From: Raillietiella orientalis
Lineage: Eukaryota
Length of the DNA: 64,000 nucleotides
Reading direction: 5' to 3'
NCBI GenBank assembly: GCA_036172245.1
Contig: JAYWIR010000012.1
Location: 1,736,001 to 1,800,000 of the forward strand
Shown piece by piece: positions 25,232 to 37,770 of the stretch. The notes under the pieces are model-generated. The model was not told where the DNA came from. It worked only from the letters and a program-made list of their open reading frames with translations, and did not search any database. Made by a program: the position numbers and the translations under genes. Every line of letters starts with the position of its first letter. Positions within the stretch are counted from its first letter, which is position 1.

Positions 25232-26543
25232 GAGAAGAAATCGTCCAAGAGATCCATCCTTTTTCTACGGTCATGCTCACAATCCATGCGAGCAGCCAAA
25301 CAAACCCTAAGAGCCTCCCCATCCTCCTCCTCGCGCAGCACGATTACGGAAACCGTGGGTGCTTTGCACGGAGCCAACAAGCCGCGCCAATTTCAAGCCT
25401 TACCTTCTGGAATCTGCAGTCTGCTTCCAACAGGACGACCGGAAAGCCCCAGAGAACTCCTGTCTGTGCCATTCCGAGCTAAAAGTGAATCGAATTCCGC
25501 GACGATCTCCCCTTCAGTGGGGGGAATCTTGTGCCCAGAGCTTGTCGCATGCTCGCAGCTATGTCTTCGGACCAGCCGAGAAAACCCAAGTCACGCACCG
25601 AACCCGATCCAAATGGTTTGCGCAGAGCATCCGTTCGAAATCTCCCGTTCGGTGGCTCTCGTGAGCTTCCGCGCTGCCTCCTCCTTGTGCACCCCTGCGG
25701 AGGACGGACGGATTTTGCGCGCGACCTTATTTTTCCTTTTGTTTCGAGACGCGCCTTCGAACGCGTTCCTCTGCGCCACGCTTTGCTGCGCGTTGCTTCT
25801 TCCCCCGCGTCACACTGCCTCGAATACTGCAGATGCTGGATGCTGAGTAAGCTTTCTCCGCACCTTTCTCCCTGCGGCGTGCTTCCTGACGTTTCCACCG
25901 CCGGCGTGGCTCGCAAATGCACCCATCAGCCACTCCCGATGGGATGAGCGTGAGAGACGAGCATCCGCAAACGGCCGGCCCGAGTCCTGGCGGCGGCACC
26001 GGGACGTTTCGGAAGGAGAGTCCGCTGCCAGGCGTCTCGCGAGCGCCGCGGGTCAGCTGCGCGGTGGGTGGAAACGTGTCGAAATCCTGCGGCTGGCCGA
26101 AGAAGACGTCCGGGTCTTCCTCAGGGGTGTTGCAATCGGCCGCCGCTCCGCGCGCAGCGCTCGCTCTCGCTCGTGCGCGCGCGCCCCGCTAGAGTGCGCG
26201 CTGCCCGAGCTGCTAACAGCTGTGCGTTCAGCTGCAGTCGAGTGTCGGTTGGTGTTTTGCAAAGTACCGTACAAGAATCAATATAATTCAATTTTGTGCG
26301 CAGAAATCGAGCAGTCTTGAAATTCACATCCGACCGAACATTTATCAGTAAATTCTACTCTCACTTGTTTTGTTTCCTTGTTATCGATTTGCAGCTTACC
26401 ACATACGGATGTGCCACGGAATAAAATTATTACTACCGAATTGATTGTTTTGCATGCGTTTTTTTTTTTTTTTTTTTTCTATTAATGCTTTAGAGAAACC
26501 AGAATTTGCCATTCTCAGGAAGTGAATTTGAGAAAAGGAAAAC

Positions 26544-28374
26544 ATGAATGTAAAGAAAATTGTCGGAGATGCAGGGACGTTTCTCAGCAGAGCTGTGCAG
26601 GTATAACGAAGCATTTTCATTTTATCCGTTGTATTTCACACGATCATATGTCATAAAGTAAAGCAGTGATTTTTTCTTGATTGCTTATTTGAAATTTTCA
26701 CCCTGACTTACATTTAAAAAAAAAAAAAAAAACTGCGTTGTAGTATACGGAAGAAAAATTGGGAACAAGTGAAAAAACGGAGCTTGATACCCATTTTGAA
26801 ACCCTGTCTTTGAAATGTGAAGTTATGAGAAAATGGACAGAAAAGCTTGTGAATGGTACTAAGGCAGCATTAGTACCGAATCCTGGTAGTAAAATTAATG
26901 CATCTATTTTGAATGTCTTGTGATCATGCTGAGATAGTAGTAATCAATGAACAATAAGTATGAGTATTTCATGTTGCATGTTTATTTTGTAAGACGTGGC
27001 ATGCCCATGTTATGTTGAACATTTGGAAATGGCAGTTATGAACTACACAATTCTTTGTTTCTAGAACAAGATTTCAAAGTTTCAGTCACGAATTTTCTTT
27101 AAAGATTACTTATGTGTTCACCATTTAGAAGGTTCCCTTTTATTGTGTACACATACGAGCACCCCAACTGTTGTTTATTCATAACTTAATGATTTCCTTT
27201 CCTTCGAATTTCTCAATTTTTCCATATCAACATATTTCCTTAGCCCTTCTTAAAGACTCTGTTTGTCTATCAGAACTACGAACTGTCCAGAGCTGTCCAA
27301 TTTGTGTGTTTTTATTTATTTAAAATTCTTTGCCCTAAAGTGTAGACTGAATGATTGAATTTTTTTTTTTTTTTGTTGTCAGTGATGCCTGCCCTCAAGT
27401 TATTTATTTCAAAGTTATATAATGGTCTGTAATGGGTGTGAAATTTCAATTTGTTTTTAATGCTTTATGCAGGATATCGTTTGGAGGAATACGTGATGGA
27501 GAAGATAGACAAACCACGGCCCTCACGGCTGAGCCACTGGGAATATTTAGGAAGTGATATGTTGGATGCAGGACATGAATTTGGTCAAAGTACAGCATAT
27601 GGTATGCGATCATTTACAGCACACTCTTTCATCAAAACATGCTACTCTTGACAGGCATGGCACTCATCAAGATTGGAATGTTAGAGAAAAAGTTGGGGCA
27701 TGAGGAACGTGAATTTATTCAGAATGTAGCTCAGTGTTACGTGCAGCCATTAACAAAATTTCTGGATGGAGAAGTGAAAACAATTTTGAAGGAAAAAAAG
27801 CTTTTGGAGAACAAGCGGTGAGAATGGCAGCACTATGTACTGATGTAACATTCTCCAGCCTTGATCTTGATGCCTGCAAAAATCGATTGCGTAAGGCAAA
27901 GAACTTGGAAAGTCAACATCAGGTAGGAAAAATAAGTATTAACATGTGGGTGGGTGGGATAATTGGTTACCTTCCTACATGCTGCATAGCTCAAGGATAA
28001 GGTAAATCAGAGAGAGCTTTTAGAACAGGTGTGGGTTGAAGTTTCTCGTGTTGGATAAGTTGAATTGAAAGTCTTGTAGGCGGAGACAGAAGTAAGGGTG
28101 GCTCAAGAAGAATTTGACAAACAGACAGAAGTGACTCGATTATTGCTAGAGAATGTAAGCAGTGCCCAGAGCTCTCACTTACGCCATCTGCATGATTTGG
28201 TGGAATGTCAAGCTCGTTTTTATAACCAGTGTTCCCAACTGACCCAGGAGCTTCAGAAGGAGCTTGCCAGGTACTTTTGCTTTTAGAGATTGCCTTAGGA
28301 CCCCTTGTTTCAGTCTTTCGTTGGGTTCCAATGTTTCTGGAGCATTTTCCCAGCAGCTTCACATCACTCCCTGA
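26544..28374 (+). CDS. SH3GLB1: Endophilin-B (SH3GLB1/2, C. elegans erp-1 family) N-BAR protein
   Basis: Exons: 26544-26600 (MNVKKIVGDAGTFLSRAVQ), 26744-26885 (YTEEKLGTSEKTELDTHFE...VPNP), 27473-27601, 27655-27817, 27859-27922 (LDLDACKNRLRKAK), probable 27990-28028 (LKDKVNQRELLEQ), 28080-28270 (AETEVRVAQEEFDKQTEVTRLLLE...ELQKELA), 28314-28374 (stop). All GT-AG and in phase. The last exon is less certain. Confidence 0.93.
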
Positions 28375-31300
28375 TCAAGTTAATGCCTTCTCTCACTGAG
28401 TTTTTGAGATGACCCTTTGTACACCATGATCTTTTCTATTGCTAAATTTTTTATGGGTCTCGAAAGTATAGGGTATTGTTTCTTGTTCATTTGTTGAGAG
28501 TGATGAATTGTTGGTCTTGTATGGAGTCTTCCATGCTAATAACTTGTAGTTGGAATTTAAAGATTCAGTACAGAAGAAAACCAAAATTTTGATAGGATGC
28601 AGCAGAAAAATGAAGAAAGAGAAGGATAAAGTGTTGGAAGTGTGCTGGCTGACTTCAGAATACGTTAACAGATGTCTTTGCTGAATATGAATTGTGCAGT
28701 TTCCTAGAAAAAGTTTGTTGTGTTGTATACAAGAAGTTTGTTGTGGGGAAGGGATGCTGTTTATGAACTGGAGAGAAGGGAATGTTTAAGTGTATTAGGA
28801 AATGTGGAGAGAAACAAAACAATAAAAGATGCAGTCGCTGTGGCTTGCTTGCAGCACGCATGTGCTGCACCCAAAACTGGTTTCGGGTGGTGTATCCGTG
28901 GTTGCAGCTATAACGATGAATGTAGGAGGAGCGTGTTTCTGGCGCCCTTCGCACCACCGGTGACATTACGCTAGCAGAGTTTCGTACGTAATCACGGAAA
29001 CCATTGAGGAAAAGATAATAAAAGCGTAACGGAATGTCGAATCGTGTACGCAGAGACGTATGTATCCATCTGTTTCCCGACCTTGCTGCTCCTTCGCTTC
29101 ACGAGTGTATCGGTGCGATGTCACGCAAAACGCGCGGGGCCGCACCACGGTTGCGCCTCACAATGGGATTCCGATGAGCTGGCTTTGCTCTTTGTCTCCC
29201 GGTTGTTTTCGACGGTTCCGGCACTCGGCCCCCAGGAATGTTGGTGTGTCGGGAGCGGCAAACAGTCTTGAAACTCGAGGTCCCTCATGAAATTTTTGCC
29301 TTTGGCCAGGACTGTGCCAGCCAAAAGTTTCGCGGAAAAATGTTGGGGTTGTTGAGTGTTTGCTGTCGCGGTCATTACCCGGGTGGGAGACGTGGCTCAC
29401 GGGTTGCGTACCTTCCGGGGATTCTTTGGATGCGTATTGGAGCCAGAGTTCACGCTGGGTGTCCGCAAAGCTGTTTTTCGGCACCGTTTGGTGGGCCGCT
29501 ATTCGCGGTGCCCCTTTTACTGGGTCACCAGGTGGATCACTTGTCCCGGATCTGAGGCAAGTGGCTCATTTGGTGGGCCTGAATCACTAGGTAGGCCCCG
29601 AATCGCCGAATAAGTGGCCATCGTTTGTAATAAGATGTTTTCTTATGTCACCTTGGTTTCGAAGTGTTCTGCCATTCCGCAAAGTTTTCTTGCAAACCTT
29701 GCGGCGTTGGGGTGCAGTAGGGTGAATGGTTGAAAGCTATGGACAGGTGTGGTACCATTATGAACACGAAATTCGCCATCAAATGCACTCAACATTATGG
29801 AGGTTTCTGTTACTTCCACGGAGGGTGGCCACACTTGAGAAAGTCGGCGCGGAGCATTTTGTGGATCACCAAGCCAGCGGAATGACCATGCTGAGGTTTT
29901 CTTCTTACCTCACGCCTTAACAGTTTACGTCGAGCCGAATGGAATTAAATATGTCGGGGTGGATCCGAGCTGCTGTTTGCCAAGGCATGTGCTTTTATGA
30001 GCGGAGCATTTTGATCACTGCAACAACTTCCGGCTCGGATGGTGTTCGAGCGTTTTTTTTTTTTTTTTGCATCCCAAAGTGGATTCGAGCGCGAAGTCAG
30101 TTCCCTCTCCCCATTTTTCGAAGATCACTCACCGAGGTGCGAATTCAGCTCGGAGTATAAAAAGTTTCGTCCTACCGAATCGAGCTCAAATTCCCGAAGA
30201 TCTTGCCATGACTTTGAATCAACCTTGGAGTCTACTCTAGTCCTTTTTTTTTTTTTTTTTGAACACAGTTTCGAATTATTTTCGGATTGGAGCTTGGATT
30301 TTCGATATCTTTCTTGGCGAAAAAAAAAAAAAAAAAACATTCTTCAAGACGGTTCACTAGCACAAAGGGGATGAAGTGGGTATCACTTAGTAAAGAGTTG
30401 AAATCCTTCCTTGCGTGTTTTCTAAAAGGACAAAAGCCAGGCTTCTTAAAGTCCGAGGCGCCTCTTTGTTCCCTTGCTTTCAGGTTTCTTGACTACCACC
30501 CATTTCAGCATGGGCCATGCAAACCACGTGTGGAGATAGCGTGCGTCCCTTTTCAGGAAAATTTACCCCATAAGAGAACTCCTCGTGCCGACGTGTTTTG
30601 GAATGGCTCCCCATCGGAAACATTGCCGCCCTACACAATTGATCCACCAAAAATTCATTATTTATTTTTCCCTTTTTCGATCCGCTCAGTGTTCAAGGAC
30701 TTTCGTCCAGCACCCAAGAACACCATGAAACACCATTTTGAGACCTCCACGATTTCGTTGACCCTGCCATGCCCTGCTCAAAGAATGCTGCTGGCAGTTA
30801 TCATTTCTTTTCAAAAAAAAAAAAATCAGTGTTTGACGATTTGCTGCAAATACGGTGATAACACGGGTCGGGTGTTCCGTGTGCACGCTGCTTTCGGATG
30901 ACGCACGTGCTGCGGAGGACGCCGCGCCCCACCCGCGCGTAGCAGCAGCAGCAGCCCGTGTGAACTCTTCAGCTTTCCAGGAGTCAGCCGAGCTGTTTCG
31001 AGCCAATGCAGCAGTTTCACTCTGAGGCAAATGGTCCAAGGCAGTCGCCCATCAAGTTGGGAACAAGGGAACAATCAAGTCGGAAAGGAATTGGAGCCAC
31101 CGATCCCGCTCGAGTGCGAAATGCGTTTTTGCCCGAAGGTTTCGCGCTCGTGCTGTGTTAGTGCACCTTTGTTCTGCACAGTGCCGATGATACAATCCGT
31201 CTTGGCTTATGGAGATTGTCTTCTCATTTACCAGCTCACTCGGCATTGAAAGTTCGTTTTCAGGCAGACAAGATTAATTGCCTATTAAGAGAATTAGGAT

Positions 31301-34300
31301 CGACATCATTGCCAAGGAGCTGAACTTCATCCAGGAGCAACCCTGCACGACCCTGCTTAGTGGTCTTTGCCCGTCGAAACGGAAAGAATCGATCCTTCTA
31401 CTCTAACAAAAGGAAACTGTATGCCGGAACATGTGATGCAGCTGGCGTAACCAAAAACAAAATACACGATAAGTTATTTTTAGTTGGATTTAATTTATTA
31501 TGCAAACAAGGTAGTGATGCCCGCTGAGAGCGAACTCTGAAATAACGAGTAGTTGGAGGCCAGCACGAGCCATTTCGAACTATTTTCGAGCGTTTCCATC
31601 CTTCGTCAAACAATCCCAAGTGCGTAATGGTGGTAGAATTCTGAAGATGGTTGAAAGCTTCAAGGGATGGTGCACACATCATGTAATCGTGCAAAGGGTA
31701 ACCGGCACTTTGTAGAGCCCCTTCCTATTTTCCCAGCCTGGAAAAGTATCCATGGAATTTATGCTGCCTAGTTTGGAAACGAATCACCCAGTTTTCTCTG
31801 AAAAATTGTCCAGAAGCTTCGGCACAGTAGCTGCTTCGCTGCTGTACAACGCAGCAACACAGCAAATAAAGATGGCTGTGAAAGAAGCTGAACGCCCAAC
31901 AAATTGGAGAGCTTGCGCTATGGTTGCAACATGACCTAACGCGGCTGATACTCATTACATGGAGCTACAGGGTGAGCCACTCGAAACCGGATCCGCCTAG
32001 AGCCACGCCATGTTCCGCCACTTGGAGAGGACCGGTGTCGACTCGCTCACCCTACTTCACTACACTCTTGTTTTGGGTGCTTCCGTGGAGACTGCATGCA
32101 TGTCAACGAATCAGCCCGTATCGAAGGTTCTCGTAAAGTTTTAAGATGATGGCTGCCGCACTCGTTTGGGAGTGGCACGATCTTCTTTTATGGACACCAT
32201 AAATCCATGATGTTTACAAGGCCCCGTTGGTGAGCATTTCGTGCTGGACTCTCTTGCGAGTCCGTAGGCATTCGCACTCAGTGGCACTCGTGACTGGATG
32301 AACTGTCCCAGCTCCACTGTCCAACGGCGCAGACATTCATCTAATTAAATTTCATCCCTTAATAAATTCTCCCTCTTGTTCGTTCATCATTTCCCTCCCG
32401 GAGCGCACATCGCATCCATCGGTTTCTACCCTTTGGTTTCTGCAACTGTACATTAGAGGAGGAAGTAATGACGCGACCAGACAGAAATGCAAAAAGCACA
32501 GAACATCAGGAAGGATCCAGAATGCATCGATTGCTTCGGATCTTCCCCGTCGACTCTTGAAGATTTTCATCCCGTGTTTAGGAAGCCGTCGAGGGATGTC
32601 GAAATCTTGTTTTCAAAAGCAGAGGATGCCTGCTTCCCGAATTTCATCTCTGCTGCTGCGTGACTCAAGTTAGTGAAATGGGAAGAAACATTTGTGAATC
32701 GGAACCTGAAAGTAAAAAGATGGAAACCGCCTCCGGTACAAAAAAAAAAAAAAGCAAAAGAAGCAGTGTCCAGCACTGTCTGGAAGACTCGAGTGCGCTG
32801 AGATGTGCTCTGCAGCAACATGGCGCCGTTTTGGCTACAGGTGAGCGGGAACCCCACGAACTTTGCCGAGTGCTTGGAAATGTTACACCACGGAGCGCCT
32901 TCGACCCTCTGACCCTGAACGTCGAGGCTGACGACGCCAAGCACCATGGCAGAACGGGAGCAGATCAGCGTCTCCGTCGTTTCCGATGAAGGGAGGTTCA
33001 GTAGAAGTACCAGTTCTTCCGGAATTCTGGAGGAAGATAGGAAGAAGAGGGCGTCCCCACGCAAGCTGCTGTGGGAGGCCGGCGCTGGGGTTTTTGTGCG
33101 GCTCACCTCTTTTTTGGGCTGCGTCCTGACTTCCTGCGAAAATCGAATCTCGCTATCGATGGGGAGGAAGCAATATATCTGGGGTTCCCGTCCCATTCGA
33201 CACTGACGATCGGGATGCTTCTGGGCGTAATGCTCGAGTGCACTTCCTGTTTGGAAATTGCACTTGGCAGTGCTCACGATACTTGATGATTTCCGGATCG
33301 ATCAGTAAAACCCAGGAGCAGGAGCGCGTAATGACCGTCGTCGGGAGTTCATGGTTTGCCAGCAACGATGACATCTGGAATCCACTTGCGTCTCTTTGCG
33401 GTTTCCTGGCCTTGAAAGCTCAGCAGCTTCCCATGCGCTGCCCTCTTTTGAAGCCGAAGCGGCTGTCCGTGCGCCGGCGCAGAGTCGCAGATTCCGCCCG
33501 TGCCTCCCTCACGCAGGGGATGCGATCCAGGAAGCGCGGGAGGAGTCGGAAAAATCCTCTCCGAGTGGTTCTGCCGGAGCCTCTGGCGGGGTCGGTCCGC
33601 TTCCCACGCTGCTCTCCTGCTTCGCCGCTGCCGCTCTCGAGGAGCTGCGGCCTCGAGGTTCAGCGTTGCTCCGTCCACTCTACCGCCGGGCACGTGCAGG
33701 ATGAGTGGCTCCAAAAAGAGCCGCGGAATTCTGGCGCCCAGATCGTCGACGGCAGCTTCTCTTTAGCCAGAACGGTCCGAAAGACGATGCAGCCGGTCCT
33801 AGTTCCGGAGGCGCCGGGACGCGTGGCCCCGCAGACCGCATTGCCGCCCGTGGCGCTACATCCTCGAGGTGTCTGCGTCACCTCAGCTACTTCTTGAACT
33901 CTTCGACGCCGACCCGAGGGACACGGTCCATGTTCGGCCGCTGCTCTCCTGGGGCGGCGAATTTTCTGTTCTTTTCGTGTGTCCGTAACGCCCTCCGCGG
34001 TTCGGAAGCCCATGGCCGGGAAGAGGCGGCAGTCTCTGGGGACCCGAGGTCGAGTAGCTGGGCTTCCATGAAAGAAGAAACCGCGACTCAGTGGTCTGCG
34101 CAGGTGAGGTCCGCAGGATCGGACGCGCTCCCGGCCGAGGGGAAGAGGAGAGAGAAGAGGGACTCTCGGTTCGCCTTCCTGCCTAGTGTTGACCTGGGCG
34201 TTTCTGCCTCTGCATGCTCTGCGGGATGGGCGCGAATCTCTCCCGTCCCTCGTACGACCAAAACGAAACCCCGATTCCCCGATACTGGCGCGGGGGTAGT

Positions 34301-37300
34301 ACATGGCCGTTCACCAGAGAAAAAGGCAAGAGGCCGTAGGGCGACTCCCCTATGACTCCTGCGTTCCTTTGAACCGGTATTTTGAAGCCGCGACGGAAGC
34401 GACGGAAGCAGGATTGCCAGTTGCTCCGGCTTTCTGCTGCAAGGGTGGGCAGCACGGCCCGAAGGAACACACCCGGGACACTCAGAGAGGAGGCCCACCG
34501 GCTGCGAGTCGAGCGTTTCGGCTCTACGCGCTCTCCTGCGACACGCGCGACCCATCGTGGCTCTCACAATGCCCGTCCTAGTTCCAGACCCTCCACTTGA
34601 AAGAACGTCCCTAAAGATCACGTCCTGTGCACCCTTCTCATGAGCGAAAGGGAAAAATGGACCTGGACTCCCAGACCCACCGGGAGTCCAGGTCACGCCT
34701 TCACTAGTAGGGTGACTCTTGCACACGCGATGGACGTCTGCCCTGGAGCGCTTGGCGTCTCAGTGGCTCCTGGAGTTGGCGAAAACACCTGTGGAGTGAT
34801 TGCTAAACGTAACGGCCCTCTGCACACCGACGAGCCGTAGTGGATGAATGAGAATCGGCGCCACAGTGGGAAGAAAGGAAGATCTTAGAGCCGGAGAGAA
34901 CGACGAAGAAACGTCCCAAAGTCCAACTGTTTCGAGCCACATCACGCAGGATCGGTCTGTGGCTAGCTCCTGTTTCCTACTCTCGCGTAGGATCGGTCCG
35001 GTCGGATAACGTCTGTTTCCCACCCTAAGAATGGATCGACCTGTGGCTAGTGTTTGCCATGCACTCCCACGCTCATTTGGAGTGGGGAGCCACCTACCGT
35101 CTGGTCCATAGAGCAAACGCGCGATGGTCGGTGCCCCCTCATAGAAGAATCCGGAAAGGTTTGTAGGAGACGTGCAAAAAGAACAACAACAATTCCATTT
35201 TTTTTTTTTTTTTGCGAGAAGTTCTTACGAAGGTCTGATCCTCCGATCCATCTTTGAGGATCCTTTGCTGATGCTTCCGCACGAGGGTATGCATTCGTCA
35301 TCCCGTTGCTTCAGGCAACGACGTCCTGGCTGAGGAGTGGCACTCCTGCACTGCGAGGAAGGACCAACGGAGAGCCTACCACGGCCATGGAGCTCAGGAG
35401 GAGCAGACGAGTGCGCAGGAGGAGGCACTCTGCGTTAGTGGTCGACCGACCTGGAGGGCGCTCCTAGCACCCCGAATGTGACCGGAGCGTGAAGCCCGAC
35501 GGCGAGACAACGGTGCCCAGGAGCAGAGGGCAGCAGCGGAACGAGGAGGAGAAAAATCGGTCCGGGAAGATGTCAGGGCAAGAGCTGGAGCATCGATTGC
35601 TGCAGCAGCAAGCTCCCTGGTCCTCAGGATATTTCCTTCCAGCTCATAGCCCGCGTTGCAGTCGCGCGTCCCCCTGAACGAGTGACTCTGCATCCACCCT
35701 CGGAGTTTCTTGACCTTCAGACCCGGCAACCTCGTGGGGCCGTTCCATTTCTCCTCCCTTCTGTGGGTAGTCTCACGCCCTCCACAGGAAGGCAGCCTTG
35801 GGCCGGCTCCCAAAGGTCAGAGGTTGGAGACTCTCACCTAGGAAGCCTCAAACAAGTTCCGGGGCGCCGACGGAGGAACCGGAGATGGGGGGAACCCGGG
35901 GTTTCGACTTGATCCGCGGATCTCTCCTTGAGGTGAGAACCGGTCAGAAGACTGCCGTCTGCTTGAGATAGGTGCGCGGCCATTTGGCTCGGCGAGCCCT
36001 GCGGTCTCCGCGCTCCGCCCAGAAAGCTGCTGCTCCCTTCCATCTCCGCCTCTTCCTTAGCTCCACAGCTACCGTCGCTCCCTCGGAAGGGACCCTGGAA
36101 TCCCGTGTTTCCGAGGAGGAGAAAGCCAGAGGTATTGCAGACGACGTCCCGCCGCAGGTGTCATCCCTGCGGCCTCCCGAAGAACGCAGCCCTCTCCGAG
36201 GGGGCCCCTTGAGCAACGATCGTCTTGCTCCCCTCCCCCTCGGTATCTTTTCAACCTCCACCACGAGGGGTAGAGTTTTCTTCTGTACTTGCGGTGCGGA
36301 GAGAGACGTCCCTCCCTCAGGGCATGTGAACCTGCGCCCAGGAAGACGGTCAGCCCATCCGGGAATTAGACGCAGAGGGTCCAGAGACCCTCTGAGATCA
36401 CTAATCCAGGAAGGCGGATCTGCTAAGGAGGCAGCAGGGAAAGTTCAGCGATCTGAGGGCCCCTCAGCAACTGGGCCAGAGCGAAGTTACCAGAGGGGGC
36501 GTGCAAGCCCCGAAAGGTCTACGGCTGCTGCTCCGTGCCCCGGGCACCAGGACGAAATCACTCGGGGCGGAGAGGCAGAGATTGCTTTCTGCTTTACACC
36601 AGGGGATGCTGAGCTTGGATCCTTTCCGAGTTCCGAAAAGGATTAAAGTGGGAGGGGAGCACCTGCCTCTGGGCTGAGCGGCGAGGCTCGGTGGCCCTCA
36701 CCCCATCCCATCCTCTCCTTCCCAGGTCCCTTTCTCTGGCGACCGGTTTCGGAGGAAGCGGGCAGAGGACTCGCGTCGCAGGGAGGATCGGCGCAGCCTC
36801 TCCCGCTCCGGCCCATTCCGAAGGCGTCCGTCGGGCCGCCTTCTGAAGTCACCTGCCGCTGCTGCTACGGCGGATTCACCCTCTCAAGTGGCGCGGCGGT
36901 TCCTCTGGGCGCCCCTGATCCTCTCTTTTCCTTCTAGTTGCAGGGACCCCCCGTCGCTTAGTATCCACGGAGTCTCGGTGGGACGTGGCGAATCTCAACC
37001 ACGCCCCACCCACTTCTCGTACTCGCTCTGCAGGAGTTTCTGTGGTGAACCTTCGGTCCACCGATGCCGGAGGGTCGCCATGGTTCCGGGGCCCCCTGAC
37101 CAGGAGGGCAAGGAGGGGATGCTCTAGGTGCTTTCAATTCGGCGGGAAAAAACAGGGAGTGGGAAGTGGGTCCGCTCCTCCTGACTTGCCCGGAGGGTTC
37201 TCCCGCCGGGAGGAGCGGAGACGCAGGGGGAGGCGGTCGCGCCTAAATGGCGGTCATGTGGGTCGGGCCAGTCGGCCCTTCGAGGGATGGGAGAGGCTGC

Positions 37301-37770
37301 CCGTTGTCCCCGCCGTGACCCCGGAGAGTCGGCTTCAGTGCGTCTCTTCTCCCTCTTCTCCCTCTCCCGAAGGGTTCTATCTCGCCCGAGGCACAGACGG
37401 GGCTCTAAGGGGGTCGCTGAGGAGGTGGACTCATTCCGTTCCCCCGGGTCGCCTTTCCCGACCCCCTCCGCATCACCTAGGAAACCACGTGGGCCGCTTT
37501 TATTCCTCGGGAGGATCCCTGGGGCGTCGTTTCGGGGGGGAAGCGTCCTCGGCTGCCTCCCTGCCCCATCCGGCGGTCAGACAGGCGAAGGAGTCCTTCC
37601 GCCTCCGGGTGGTCCTTTCGGAGCGCGGCGCGGGAGCTGCGCGCCAGGGAGCGAGAAGGAGAATGGCACGGAGTTTGGCCTTGGCGCGGCCGCAAGGGCG
37701 CGGCAGTGGGCGGGCAGGCCCTCGTGATGGTAGGTGAGGGGAGGGGAGGGGCAGTGGTTTAGATCCTCGC

